A stretch of 64,000 bases of DNA from Candidatus Kaiserbacteria bacterium (GTDB lineage Bacteria; Patescibacteriota; Minisyncoccia; Phycocordibacterales; UBA2100). The stretch spans positions 526,199 to 590,198 of the forward strand of contig CP070993.1 of assembly GCA_017134395.1 (NCBI GenBank), written 5' to 3'. How positions within the stretch are numbered: position 1 is the first letter of the stretch; each line of letters starts with the position of its first letter. Shown in pieces: positions 1 through 9,948 of the stretch. The notes beneath the pieces were generated by a model. That model ran no database searches and had not been told where the DNA came from. It saw only the letters and a program-made list of their open reading frames with translations. The translations under genes were made by a program, and so were the position numbers.

Positions 1-344
1 ACATTCTCCGTACGTGCCTTTTTTGATGCGTGCGAGAGCGTCTGTGATGTTATTAAAACGTGTTTCAAGTTCAGTAACAATACCGTTATTTGTTGTCTTT
101 TCTTCAAATCGGTCTGCAAGTATTGCAGCGTCGGCTGTACCTGTTTCGTAATCGCCGTTCGTACCTTCCCAATTTCGGGGGTTCGATTGATCAACCTTTC
201 CAATATCAGAAAGTTCAATCTCAAGAACCGCCTTTTCTTGGCTGAGGCGTTCTTCTAATTTCTTCATTGTTCGTGAATCTACCATAGTGGACTACTATAC
301 ACTATTTTCTAAATCTGCAACATATCTTGACGAAATCGGTTTAA

Positions 345-1400
345 TTAGCGGACACGAACTCTATCTGCAAGTTCTGTAAGCGTTCGAGAGTCAGTTGTGA
401 TAGCGATGGCGTCATGCCCGATAAAAGCATACATTATACGGGCTACACCGTCTTCGTCATACAATATACGCACATCGATGTTGTCTATGACGGTGTCTTC
501 AAAGATGTTTGCTCCTGCTGCGATTGCTGGTTTTACAAATGATGAACGAGGACTAAAGAGAGGAAGTAAATCTTCCTCAATACTTTTTTCCCACGCGAGC
601 ATGCCTGCAAAAGCATGTCCATATGAGCGAGTGGTAAGCAAAAGGAATGGTGTATTTTCGTCAAGAACGTGGATACCGAGTACATAGTCTTCCGCGAGTG
701 TCTGTAGGAAGGTTATTGGAACTCGTGCTTGAATGGTTTCTAAAAAGTCTCTAGAACCTAGTCGTTCTATCGTTTCCTGCTCATCCTCTTCAGAAATCTT
801 TTCGGTGAGGTACAGCTCTACCATTGAACCAAGTGAGAAAAAAGTATTTCTTCGTACTGACGCGAGCAATTCTATTACATTTCGAGCTCGTACTCCGGTT
901 ACATCAACTCGCTCTTGCGCTTCGATGAAGATAAAGGATGAGGTAATTTGCTGTGTTGTAGGAGGGGCTGTATTAAGACGGTACGCATAATATGAACCTA
1001 AGGCAAATAAAGATGCAATGATAACGAATAAAATAGCTAGGAAAACAATCACCATCGTTTTTTTTGGTTCCTCTTCTATTTCTTCTCTGGGGCCGTCTTT
1101 TGCGCGTCGGTTGCTCTCCATTGCTGCAATGCGCGTTAGAGATGTTTTTTGGTCGCGCACCAGGTGTTGTATGTCATCTTTAAATGTATGAACAATCGCT
1201 TTGTTTTTTGAGGGTGCTTGCGTACGTATGCTCTCAGATTTCTGCACATCTGGCGCAGCTTTTAGAGGCTCAGGTGTTCCTTGTGTAGGTTCACTAGCTT
1301 CGTTTTTCTCCGTCGGTTTTTGGTTTTGATTCTGAGGCATGACGTTCGTTTGAAGTTGGTGGCATAACGCCCTTGTTTGATGCAAATTTTGGATCAACAT
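345..1400 (-). CDS. hypothetical membrane-anchored protein (low-complexity N-terminus, one TM helix, C-terminal extracytoplasmic domain); start uncertain because the ORF overlaps the pnp 3' end
   Basis: 351-aa ORF with a hydrophobic segment VIVFLAILFVIIASLFALGSYYAY; no family recognised; no clear SD at the candidate starts. Confidence 0.4.
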   Translation of the reverse strand: MLIQNLHQTRALCHQLQTNVMPQNQNQKPTEKNEASEPTQGTPEPLKAAPDVQKSESIRTQAPSKNKAIVHTFKDDIQHLVRDQKTSLTRIAAMESNRRAKDGPREEIEEEPKKTMVIVFLAILFVIIASLFALGSYYAYRLNTAPPTTQQITSSFIFIEAQERVDVTGVRARNVIELLASVRRNTFFSLGSMVELYLTEKISEEDEQETIERLGSRDFLETIQARVPITFLQTLAEDYVLGIHVLDENTPFLLLTTRSYGHAFAGMLAWEKSIEEDLLPLFSPRSSFVKPAIAAGANIFEDTVIDNIDVRILYDEDGVARIMYAFIGHDAIAITTDSRTLTELADRVRVR

Positions 1401-3465
1401 CTTTTATAGATAGGTTGATACGTTTCTTATCATCAATCTCTTTGATTATAACAGGAACACGCTCACCTTCTGCTATTACATCAGCGACTGAGTTAATACG
1501 GAACGGAGCCAATTCTGATATATGCACCAAGCCTTCTGTGTTTGCCCCGATACGCACGAATGCCCCGAAGTCCATTATTCGTGTTACTTCTCCGTCGAAT
1601 TTCTCCCCTGCTACGTATTCATGCGTTAGTTCCTCAATCATTTTGGCAGCTTCTTCTGCAGCACCGTTTTGTCCTGTTATAAACACAGAACCGTCATCTT
1701 CAATAGATATTTCTGTTGTTCCCGTTTGGTCTTTGATACCATTGATTGTTTTTCCTCCTGGGCCGATAACAAGACCAATTTGGTCTTCCTTGATTCGTAA
1801 TGAAATTATTTTTGGTGCGCGTGGATTAATATCAGCACGTGGCTCCGAGATTGCTTTGAGCATAACATCCATGATTTGCATTCGTGCTACCTTTGCTTGA
1901 GCAAATGCCTCAGCAAGTACAGGTACTGTTACTCCTGCTACCTTTACATCCATTTGTACTGCAGTTACACCCTCACTTGTTCCAGCTACCTTGAAATCCA
2001 TATCGCCAAAGTGGTCTTCTGGTCCTTGTATATCAGTAAGTATTTTGTAGTTCCCTTTCGTGTCACTCATCATACCCATTGCAATACCTGCTACTGGACG
2101 TTTGATGGGAACACCTGCGTCCATCAGAGCTAAGGTAGAACCACACACACTTGCTTGCGAACTAGAACCATTACTTGCCATTGTTTCAGAGACTATTCTG
2201 ATGGTATAAGGGAAATCTTCTTTGCTTGGCAATACGGGAAGAAGTGCTTTTTCAGCGAGCGCACCGTGACCTATCATTCGACGATTAAATCCACCAACAC
2301 GCCCTGTTTCTCCAACAGAGAACGGCGCGAAGTTGTAATGATGCATGTATCGTTTCTTCGAGTCTGGGAATTCAATGGTATTCATAAGCTGTGCATCGTC
2401 GGGGCCGCCAAGAGTAAGTGCGGAAAGAACGTGAGTACCACCACGGTAGAAGATACCTGTTCCATGAATAAGATCAGATATTCCTCCAGCTTGTGCGTAA
2501 AGGTCACGAATTTCGTCCATCTTCCGTCCATCTTGTCGACGATCGTTTTCAAGAGCTTCTACGTGTACGAACTTGTCCACTTGTATTTCAAAGTATGCAG
2601 CAGCGTTAGCTGCTTCTTCGGGTAGTTGTTCTTTTACTAAAGTCATCCATTCACTCTTTAATGCGTATGCTCCCTTTTCACCGAATACGTATTCCCCCAT
2701 TTTTGGTTCAACTTCATTCGAAAATAATGTTGAAACTGCTCCACTTGCCTCTTGTGTAGGAATCTCTTGCTTTTCTTTTCCAATTTCTTTTATGATACTT
2801 TTCTGCCATTCTTGGAGTGTATTGTGTACTGCAACAGCAGCGTCGAGTCCCTTAACGAGACGTTCTTCAGGAACTTCTTTTGAGCTAACTTCTACCATGT
2901 TGATATTTCCATCTTGACCACATGCTAAGAGGTCGAGAATCTCAACATCCGAAGTTCGCTGTGCGTAGGAAGGATTAATAATGAATGTCTCGTCATTTGC
3001 TACTTGCCCGATACGAACTGCACTCACTGGGCCGTCCCATGGGATGTCGGATGTACTTAATGCAAGTGATGCAGCAATAACTCCTAGCACGTCAGGATCT
3101 TCTTCGTCGATTGCTAAGACAGTTACAATTACCTGAATATCACGACGTAATGTTTGATCAAACAGTGGGCGGATGGTTCGGTCTACAACACGCGCCGAAA
3201 GCACCGCCTCTTCTGAAGGTCGCCCTTCGCGGCGCTGGAAACGACTTCCTAGGATTGCACCAGCTGCGTAGAATTTTTCTTCAAATTCTACCGATAATGG
3301 AAACCAATCCTGGCCGTCACGTTGTCCACCCATAACAGCCGTTGCCATAACAGCAGTGCTGCCATACCGTAAAATCACTGAACCACTTGCTTGGTCTGCT
3401 AAGTCTGTAAATTGAGCAGTAAGGGTTTTGCCTCCTACCTCAATTGAGTATTCTTTTTTTTGCAT
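1294..3465 (-). CDS. pnp: polyribonucleotide nucleotidyltransferase (PNPase)
   Basis: 723-aa ORF with two RNase PH-like halves plus KH and S1 domains (…GEKFDGEVTRIMDFGAFVRIG…); typical PNPase length and N-terminus. Confidence 0.95.
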   Translation of the reverse strand: MQKKEYSIEVGGKTLTAQFTDLADQASGSVILRYGSTAVMATAVMGGQRDGQDWFPLSVEFEEKFYAAGAILGSRFQRREGRPSEEAVLSARVVDRTIRPLFDQTLRRDIQVIVTVLAIDEEDPDVLGVIAASLALSTSDIPWDGPVSAVRIGQVANDETFIINPSYAQRTSDVEILDLLACGQDGNINMVEVSSKEVPEERLVKGLDAAVAVHNTLQEWQKSIIKEIGKEKQEIPTQEASGAVSTLFSNEVEPKMGEYVFGEKGAYALKSEWMTLVKEQLPEEAANAAAYFEIQVDKFVHVEALENDRRQDGRKMDEIRDLYAQAGGISDLIHGTGIFYRGGTHVLSALTLGGPDDAQLMNTIEFPDSKKRYMHHYNFAPFSVGETGRVGGFNRRMIGHGALAEKALLPVLPSKEDFPYTIRIVSETMASNGSSSQASVCGSTLALMDAGVPIKRPVAGIAMGMMSDTKGNYKILTDIQGPEDHFGDMDFKVAGTSEGVTAVQMDVKVAGVTVPVLAEAFAQAKVARMQIMDVMLKAISEPRADINPRAPKIISLRIKEDQIGLVIGPGGKTINGIKDQTGTTEISIEDDGSVFITGQNGAAEEAAKMIEELTHEYVAGEKFDGEVTRIMDFGAFVRIGANTEGLVHISELAPFRINSVADVIAEGERVPVIIKEIDDKKRINLSIKDVDPKFASNKGVMPPTSNERHASESKPKTDGEKRS

Positions 3466-3618
3466 ACGTCATTATTGCGTGATGCCTAAATTTCAGTATT
3501 ACACAATGCTTGCTCGAAATATGTGTACCACTGTGATCTAAACACCACAATTATTTATAACTACTTCGAACTCTATCAAATTCTCACTGTAACTCAAACG
3601 GTGTGTTAGACTTTTTGT

Positions 3619-4200
3619 ATGAAACAACTGGTGCACATACACGGAGGTGAATGGTTTGATTCGTACGAGGAATACTTTAAGTATCTTGAGGCGTCTGAAA
3701 TAGATGATGTAAATGTGACACCCGTTCAAAAGTGGCGGGACCGGTATGAAGAATTTCTTGGTGCTGATTGGAGTATTATTCGCCCGCATATGCCTAGTCC
3801 CAAGAATGCAAAATACCTTGAATGGAAATTGTGGTTTGAAAAGTACATTCCTTATTTAGAAGACGGAGTTACTCTTGTTGGGCACTCACTTGGTGCTACA
3901 TTTTTAGCTCAGTATCTTTCAGAGAATACTCTCCTTAAAAATATACAGAGCCTTCACTTAGTAGCACCTGCTTTTGACGGGGCTGGAGGATTCGGATTAA
4001 CAGAGATGGTTAGTAACATACAAAAGCAAGTATCAAAGGTGTACCTATATCATTCTAAAGACGATTCACTTGTTCCCTACGAAGACTCTGTACATTTATA
4101 TGAATTGTTACCAGAGGCAGAATTTCTGCAGTTTGACGAAAGAGGTCATTTTCTGACGCCAGATTTCCCAGAGCTTTTTGAAAATGTTAAAAAAGCATAA
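3619..4200 (+). CDS. alpha/beta-fold serine hydrolase (YdeN/RBBP9-like esterase)
   Basis: 193 aa, nucleophile elbow GHSLGA, small-hydrolase size. Confidence 0.7.
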   Translation: MKQLVHIHGGEWFDSYEEYFKYLEASEIDDVNVTPVQKWRDRYEEFLGADWSIIRPHMPSPKNAKYLEWKLWFEKYIPYLEDGVTLVGHSLGATFLAQYLSENTLLKNIQSLHLVAPAFDGAGGFGLTEMVSNIQKQVSKVYLYHSKDDSLVPYEDSVHLYELLPEAEFLQFDERGHFLTPDFPELFENVKKA

Positions 4201-4228
4201 GAAAAAGCGGCCGTGAGGCCGCTTTTTC
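4201..4228. terminator. bidirectional intrinsic terminator between convergent genes
   Basis: aaaaagcggccgtgaggccgcttttt: GC stem flanked by A and T runs. Confidence 0.6.
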
Positions 4229-4243
4229 TATTGAACTAAACTG

Positions 4244-4783
4244 TTATCCGGTTATTCCGGGTATTTTCCAGTTGCGATGAGCAATGAGGTATTTCTTAGG
4301 GTCTTCATCCATATCTATAAAGTCGTCACAGACTTCACGGAGTTTTGATGATGAAGATTTACCAAAGCTAATAACCTCAACTTGCGTTCCTGAATGACGT
4401 TGGAGATATTCCACAAGTGGAATAAAGTCCCCGTCACCTGTTGCAAGTATGACGGCATCGAGCTTAGGTGCCATAGTAACGGCATCAATTGCCATGCCTA
4501 CGTCCCAATCGGCCTTCTTTGCACCACCAAAAAAGATTTGTAGATCTTTCGTAATGATTTCGATACCAAGCTTTTTCATAGCCTCAAAGAAGCTTTGTTC
4601 TTCGCCTGATTCCGTAGTAACCACATAGGCACGCGCTCGTATGAGCTGGCGTCCCGCAACACTTTCTTTCAAGACATTGTCGAAATTGACTTTCGCCTTG
4701 TAGATATTCTTTGCGCTGTGGTAGAGGTTTTGAGTGTCGATGAAAACACCGACACGTTGTTCTTTATGTTTAATAACTGACAT
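4244..4783 (-). CDS. NYN/LabA-like domain protein
   Basis: 179 aa; VGVFIDTQNLYHSAK … ILATGDGDFIPLV pattern of NYN/LabA PIN-like domains. Confidence 0.7.
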   Translation of the reverse strand: MSVIKHKEQRVGVFIDTQNLYHSAKNIYKAKVNFDNVLKESVAGRQLIRARAYVVTTESGEEQSFFEAMKKLGIEIITKDLQIFFGGAKKADWDVGMAIDAVTMAPKLDAVILATGDGDFIPLVEYLQRHSGTQVEVISFGKSSSSKLREVCDDFIDMDEDPKKYLIAHRNWKIPGITG

Positions 4784-5025
4784 AAAAATAGTTTCTTAAA
4801 AAATTACACTGAGTAAAAAATTCGACCAAACATATCAACAAAATCCATTCCGGAAGAAATGTATCCATTTTGCACAATTACTTGTTAAAAGTTTTTTAAT
4901 AATACATTGCATTATTTCGAAACTTTTAACTTCGTACTTGCACCAAAATTTTCATATTTCTTCTCGAAAGCAATTTTGCTGATATGTTGTGTATGTATCA
5001 TACAGTACGACTAACCAAGAATGCA

Positions 5026-5049
5026 AAAAGTGCACAAAAGTGCACTTTT
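5026..5049. terminator. intrinsic terminator downstream of rpsO
   Basis: perfect palindrome aaaagtgcac-aaaa-gtgcactttt. Confidence 0.6.
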
Positions 5050-5076
5050 ATAGGAGAGTTCTTTTTTATTTAAAAA

Positions 5077-5343
5077 TTACTTCTTTAATCCAAGTGCTTT
5101 TACGAGCTTGCCATATACTTTTGAGTCTTTGCTCTCAAGATACTTAAGGTGCTTGCGGCGATCCGCAACCATCTGTAGAAGACCTCGACGTGAGTGGTTA
5201 TCCTTATGGTTCTTTTTAAGGTGTGAAGCGAGTTCGTCGATACGTTTACTCAAAACTGCCACTTGTGCCTCTGGAGAACCAGTATCACCATCGTGTCGTT
5301 GTCCTTTTTTTAGAGCGTTAGCTTTTTGTCGTTTTGTAAGCAT
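5077..5343 (-). CDS. rpsO: 30S ribosomal protein S15
   Basis: MLTKRQKANALKK…GLLQMVADRRKHLKYL, 88 aa, canonical S15; pnp lies 1.6 kb away on the same strand with two genes between, a loose version of the usual rpsO-pnp linkage. Confidence 0.9.
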   Translation of the reverse strand: MLTKRQKANALKKGQRHDGDTGSPEAQVAVLSKRIDELASHLKKNHKDNHSRRGLLQMVADRRKHLKYLESKDSKVYGKLVKALGLKK

Positions 5344-5496
5344 GATATACACAAAATATGCCCGGTAATTGCTGTACGAGACAACATATCCGGACGTGAG
5401 ACAAATATAGCACAGTTTATATCTATTGGCAACCCCACCCCTCTCTTTTGCGGTTTGCGGGCATTATTACTCACTACTCATGATAAACTATGCATA

Positions 5497-6432
5497 ATGA
5501 GTTCTAGTCTCGAAAATAGTAAGCAAGAGTTCCTTGAATACCTAGAAATTGAGCGAGGGCGTGCTGTGAAGACAGTTGAAAACTATGATCGATACCTTGT
5601 TCGTTTTTTTGACCACACCAAAGTAAAGAACCCGAAAGATATAACTGAAACAAAAGTACGAGAATTCAGGCTTTGGCTTAACAGGCAAGTTACCCAAAAT
5701 GGAACAACAGTAAAGCGTAGAACACAAAACTATTATTTAATTGCTATTCGTGCATTTTTAAAGTTTTTACGAAAACGCGGTATCACGAGTCTTTCTCCTG
5801 AGCGTATTGAATTAGCAAAAGTTTCTCAGCGTGATCTTGATTTAATCACACGTAAAGAACTTCAGCGTCTTCTGGCTGCGCCAATGCGGGCGTATGAAGA
5901 GAGCGAAGATGAAGCAGTTAAATTACGGGCTATTCGTGACAATGCGATGTTACAACTCTTGTTTTCAACAGGCCTTCGTGTTTCAGAACTAACCTCACTA
6001 AATAGCGATATTGATCTTTCGAAAGATGAAATGTCAGTACGCGGTAAGGGTGACAAAGTGCGTGTTGTATTCTTTTCGCCCGAAGCAAAAAAAGCAGTTC
6101 AGAGATATTTAGATGAACGAAAAGATTTAGATGAAGCCCTGTTTGTAAATATGGGTCGCAACGCGAGCGAACACAATGATTTACGTCTTACTCCAAGAAG
6201 TGTGGAACGTGCAGTCAAACACTATGCAACTCGTGCTGGCATTACAAAAACAGTTACACCGCATGGCTTACGGCACAGTTTCGCAACCGATTTATTACAA
6301 AATGGAGCCGACATTCGTAGCGTGCAGGCACTACTTGGGCACGCTAATATTGCAACCACTCAAATATACACACACGTTACGGACAAACACCTTAAGGACA
6401 TTCACAGTAAGTTTCACAATAAAGGAAAGTAA
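5497..6432 (+). CDS. tyrosine site-specific recombinase, XerC/XerD type
   Basis: C-terminal catalytic motifs HGLRHSFATDLL … LLGHANIATTQIYTHV; N-terminal SAM-like domain (FLEYLEIERGRAVKTVENYDRYL). Confidence 0.85.
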   Translation: MSSSLENSKQEFLEYLEIERGRAVKTVENYDRYLVRFFDHTKVKNPKDITETKVREFRLWLNRQVTQNGTTVKRRTQNYYLIAIRAFLKFLRKRGITSLSPERIELAKVSQRDLDLITRKELQRLLAAPMRAYEESEDEAVKLRAIRDNAMLQLLFSTGLRVSELTSLNSDIDLSKDEMSVRGKGDKVRVVFFSPEAKKAVQRYLDERKDLDEALFVNMGRNASEHNDLRLTPRSVERAVKHYATRAGITKTVTPHGLRHSFATDLLQNGADIRSVQALLGHANIATTQIYTHVTDKHLKDIHSKFHNKGK

Positions 6433-6460
6433 AACGTCGAGGATGGTATCCTCGACGTTT

Positions 6461-6811
6461 TCATTTCTCGTCATGCAATAATTTTTGTAAGTGCTCGATC
6501 ACCTCTTGTGGGCACGTACGTACATCGTTTAAGAAAGTACTCAAAACCTTTTGAACTGTTTCTGGATCTCCAGGATATGCACTTTCAAATAGTGCTTTCT
6601 CGTGTACTCCGTAAAGGTGAGACACCTCATCAAACAGTGCGTTTATTTGCATGCATTTTTCTCGCTGACGTTTAGTTAGGGTTGGTCGCGGTTTTATACC
6701 AAAGACCTTCTCAAACTCCTTACGAGATAGACGCCCGTATTTCTTCATAAGGTCTCCTTTCTTCTGGTGCGAGTGTGCCATGAAACAGAAAGGTGCACAA
6801 TGTGATAGCAT
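6461..6811 (-). CDS. hypothetical protein
   Basis: ORF only; basic N-terminus; no family recognised. Confidence 0.3.
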   Translation of the reverse strand: MLSHCAPFCFMAHSHQKKGDLMKKYGRLSRKEFEKVFGIKPRPTLTKRQREKCMQINALFDEVSHLYGVHEKALFESAYPGDPETVQKVLSTFLNDVRTCPQEVIEHLQKLLHDEK

Positions 6812-6817
6812 TCTGAC

Positions 6818-7627
6818 ATGAGAATTGTTTCATGGAATGTAAACGGACTGCGAGCAGTGCATCGAAAAGGAAACTGGAATGACGTTTTTGCACTTAAGCC
6901 TGATGTTCTTTGTTTACAGGAAATAAAAGCACAAAAAGATCAGTTGCCTGATGATGTTACCGAAGTCGATGGGTTTCATGCGTACTTTAATTCATCACAA
7001 ACAAAGAAAGGTTATGCGGGTACAGCTTTGTACTCGAAAAGGAAACCGCTAAACGTTTCATATGGTTTACCAGACGATATAACTGAGAAACATAGTTTAC
7101 TTACTGATGGATATGGAGAGCCAAACAGAGAAGGGCGCGTGATAACAGCAGAGTTTCCTGAGGTTTTCGTAGTAACAGTGTATACACCTAACACCAAAGA
7201 TGATCTTTCGCGCCTTGAATTACGCCACAAACATTGGGACCCAGCGTTTCTCGAGTACTGTGTAACATTACAAAACAAGAAACCGGTCATATTCTGTGGT
7301 GATTTGAATGTTGCACACAAACCAATTGATCTCGCACGTCCTAAGGAAAATGAGGGGAATAAAGGCTTCACAGTACAAGAACGACAAGGAGTAGATAATA
7401 TGATAGAGGAGGGTTTCATAGACACACTGCGCATGTTTTTTGCTGATACCAAGGATTTATATACGTGGTGGAGTCCATGGAACGGTGCACGAGATCGTAA
7501 TGTTGGATGGCGCATTGATTACGTATTTGTGAGTGAGCAGTTAGAAGACATAGTGCAACATGCAGATATACATCCAGATATACACGGGTCTGACCACTGC
7601 CCGGTGTCGCTAGACGTAGAAATCTAA
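6818..7627 (+). CDS. xth: exodeoxyribonuclease III (AP endonuclease)
   Basis: MRIVSWNVNGLRA…LCLQE…; C-terminal GSDHCPV motif. Confidence 0.9.
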   Translation: MRIVSWNVNGLRAVHRKGNWNDVFALKPDVLCLQEIKAQKDQLPDDVTEVDGFHAYFNSSQTKKGYAGTALYSKRKPLNVSYGLPDDITEKHSLLTDGYGEPNREGRVITAEFPEVFVVTVYTPNTKDDLSRLELRHKHWDPAFLEYCVTLQNKKPVIFCGDLNVAHKPIDLARPKENEGNKGFTVQERQGVDNMIEEGFIDTLRMFFADTKDLYTWWSPWNGARDRNVGWRIDYVFVSEQLEDIVQHADIHPDIHGSDHCPVSLDVEI

Positions 7628-7725
7628 AGGACATTTTATAAAGGACAAATGTCCTTTAGCTCTAACGGACATTTATCCACAAGGACATAGAAAATGTCCT
7701 TTATACATTGTATAATGTCCGATAG
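7625..7725. repeat. GGACAT/ATGTCC palindromic repeat module, copy A
   Basis: taaaggacatttt / ataaaggacaaatgtcctttag / ctctaacggacattt / aaggacatagaaaatgtcctttat / taatgtccgat; same block as at 10410-10511 and 11930-11997. Confidence 0.7.
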
Positions 7726-7992
7726 ATCGTTCTTTAGGATAAAGTTAAGTTCTTTTCCGTTCTTTATAGTGTCTTCATGTGTTGTAAACAAAACAAAAAA
7801 CACACACAAACTCCGTACAATATGCGTACACACGATGTGAAATCGTTTACGTATAAACAAGGAACACTTTCCTTGTTAAAACAATCAGCACGGTAGGCAC
7901 AAAAAATAAGCAAAAACCACCTCTGGGAAGCCTTGAGGATTCGCACAGAAAAAACCGCGAATCAACAAATATAGCGTATCACCCACATTATC

Positions 7993-8016
7993 GAGACCGC
8001 CTTTAGGCGGTTTTTG
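7993..8016. terminator. intrinsic terminator-like hairpin
   Basis: gagaccgcctttaggcggtttttg. Confidence 0.5.
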
Positions 8017-8022
8017 CGTACT

Positions 8023-8060
8023 AAAAATCCTCCGCTTAGTTTTCTAAGTGGAGGATTTTT
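8023..8060. terminator. intrinsic terminator downstream of cca (bidirectional hairpin)
   Basis: aaaaatcctccgcttag-tttt-ctaagtggaggattttt. Confidence 0.6.
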
Positions 8061-8064
8061 AGAG

Positions 8065-9528
8065 CTAGGATACGTGATGCTTTTTTCGAAGCGCTTCTAT
8101 TTCTTTTTCGTCCTCTTCTTCCCTTCTGTCTTTTCCTTTTTCTCCAAGTTTTTGTAACTCGTTTATTGGCAATTGAGCTAATTCAGCAGCCCTGTCTTCA
8201 AGGTATTCAGGGGTGTTTTGTTTTGGCTCATCAAGAACCTCTTCAAGAAGTGCATGGAGTATCCATCCTACTTTTGGTCCTGGCCCGTCACCTAATATTT
8301 CAATAATTTTGTCGCCATTAATTTTGAGCATAGCAACTGAAATAGGATCACGAAGCGCTTCGTCAACCATGGATTTGTATTTGCGAAAACGAAATGGTTG
8401 TTCTTTTGGCCGGCCCGTACCAATGCGATCGCAGGTGCGTAATTCAAGCAGTTCCTGAATGTGGTCAACTCCAACATTTTGTATCATTCGACGAACTGCA
8501 CTGAGAGTTATTTGGTCAGGGTCGGAGAAAAACATATGCCAACGGACGAGCTTCTCTACGTTGTGTGCAGTATCTTTTGGAAATTTCAAGTCTCTTAATA
8601 TTTTGCGTGTCATACGCGCTCCAATAACTTCGTGCCCATAGAATGTGTAATCATTTTTTACTGTGTCACGACGTCGGCTTTCTGGTTTCCCTATGTCGTG
8701 TAGTAATGCAGCAAGGCGTACATCAAAAGAATAGTTTTTGTCTGCGGCATGCTGTAGGCTGCGCATAAGGTGTTCGAACACATCGTATGAATGCGCTTGG
8801 TTTTGCTCACATCCAATACCCTCTTTGAGTTCAGGAATGATGTATTCCATTAATCCTAAGCGTTGTGCAAAAAATACTGCCTGCATCGGCGTGTCTGATG
8901 CAACGATTCGCATGAGCTCGTCTCGTACGCGTTCTTGAGAAACTTTTTCAATAAGCTGCGCATGCTCTGCTATTGCCGAGGCAGTTTTTGATTCGATTGT
9001 GAAGTTGAGCTCAGCTGCAAGGCGTATTGCACGCATCATACGTAGTGCGTCCTCTGTAAAACGATCTGTAGCTTCCCCGACAGTAACAATACGTTTTAAT
9101 CGTATGTCCTCTACCCCTTTATATGGGTCTACAAGCTCGTCGCGCGTTGGATTGTATGCTATGGCATTCATCGTGAAATCACGTCGCTGTAGGTCGTCTG
9201 TGAGATTCTTGCTAAATGTTACTTCATCAGGATGGCGCGCGTTGCTGTATGTTGATTCGATTCTATAAGGGGTCACCTCGACCACTTTGAGCGTGGGGTC
9301 GTCAGACTCCGTTTTTACACCGACAGTCCCAAAATCATTTTCATAGAAAGAATCAGGAAATATTTTTTGAATTTCCTCAGGGTTAGCGTTTGTAGTAAGA
9401 TCCCAATCTTTAGGAATCTTGTTGCGTATAAGATCGCGCGTACAACCCCCTACGAGGTATGCTTCGAAACCAGCATTCTCTAATGTCGTAACAATGGTAA
9501 GAACTTCTTGCGGTACAGAGTGTCTCAT
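8065..9528 (-). CDS. cca: CCA-adding tRNA nucleotidyltransferase (pol-beta NTase head plus HD domain)
   Basis: N-terminal GGCTRDLI… NTase motif, HD motif LLHDIGK; 487 aa. Confidence 0.85.
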   Translation of the reverse strand: MRHSVPQEVLTIVTTLENAGFEAYLVGGCTRDLIRNKIPKDWDLTTNANPEEIQKIFPDSFYENDFGTVGVKTESDDPTLKVVEVTPYRIESTYSNARHPDEVTFSKNLTDDLQRRDFTMNAIAYNPTRDELVDPYKGVEDIRLKRIVTVGEATDRFTEDALRMMRAIRLAAELNFTIESKTASAIAEHAQLIEKVSQERVRDELMRIVASDTPMQAVFFAQRLGLMEYIIPELKEGIGCEQNQAHSYDVFEHLMRSLQHAADKNYSFDVRLAALLHDIGKPESRRRDTVKNDYTFYGHEVIGARMTRKILRDLKFPKDTAHNVEKLVRWHMFFSDPDQITLSAVRRMIQNVGVDHIQELLELRTCDRIGTGRPKEQPFRFRKYKSMVDEALRDPISVAMLKINGDKIIEILGDGPGPKVGWILHALLEEVLDEPKQNTPEYLEDRAAELAQLPINELQKLGEKGKDRREEEDEKEIEALRKKHHVS

Positions 9529-9586
9529 TGCTCAATTGTAGTACACCTATTGCTATGAAGCGAATATACCGTATGATTGCCAACAC

Positions 9587-9658
9587 GCACCCGTGGTGAA
9601 ATGGATATCATTACGGTCTTCGGAACCGTCGTTGGGGGTTCGAGTCCCTCCGGGTGCA
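9587..9658 (+). tRNA. tRNA-Arg (anticodon TCG), no encoded CCA
   Basis: hand-folded cloverleaf: acceptor GCACCCG/CGGGTGC, D-stem GTGA/TCAT, anticodon stem ACGGT/ACCGT with loop CTTCGGA, T-arm GGGGG-TTCGAGT-CCCTC. Confidence 0.8.
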
Positions 9659-9723
9659 CAAATGGCCGCCCACAAAGCATTGCTTTGTGGGCGTTTGCCA
9701 TTTCCACACCCGGAGGGACTCGA
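9639..9723. repeat. ~85-bp imperfect palindrome containing the tRNA-Arg 3' end and its inverted copy around an inner hairpin
   Basis: ttcgagtccctccgggtg…cgcccacaaagca|ttgctttgtgggcg…cacccggagggactcgaa; also makes mirrored artefact ORFs on both strands. Confidence 0.75.
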
Positions 9724-9948
9724 AAAGAGTCGTCGGTATACAAGATAATGAAGCGAAGCGAAATTAGGCTTGTCGGCGACGTCGGGGCAGCGAGTACTTA
9801 GCAAGGCCGCAGCCGAGCTTAGTACTGGCGCCGAGTCCCCACTTTGTAAGAGGTCATGAAGGCGTCAGGAAAATTATTCGTGACCGAGTCCCTCCCCCAC
9901 TTCACAAAATTGCACCACGCCTAATTTGATATATAATCACTCTCACTT

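Noticed and set aside
397-3335. Several plus-strand ORFs (397-687, 733-990, 1373-1900, 1876-2133, 2155-2625, 2573-2917, 3111-3335) predicted antisense to pnp and its neighbour
   Set aside because: They lie entirely inside strongly supported minus-strand genes, have low-complexity or odd composition and no RBS; they are typical antisense artefacts.
7636-7946. ORFs 7636-7860 and 7764-7946 on the minus strand
   Set aside because: They translate the GGACAT repeat array and an A/C-rich non-coding tract; there is no SD and they are repeat-derived.
9525-9804. Overlapping ORFs 9525-9743 (-), 9553-9804 (-) and 9577-9801 (+) with near-identical peptides on opposite strands
   Set aside because: Artefact of the 85-bp palindrome around tRNA-Arg; they overlap a bona fide tRNA.
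9725-9940. Possible tmRNA or SRP RNA in the spacer after tRNA-Arg (T-arm-like GAGTCCC fragments, a GUCAGG motif)
   Set aside because: I could not assemble the obligatory tmRNA 5'/3' acceptor pairing and tag ORF, or the SRP domain IV GGAAGCAGC motif, by eye; left as unassigned pending a covariance-model scan.
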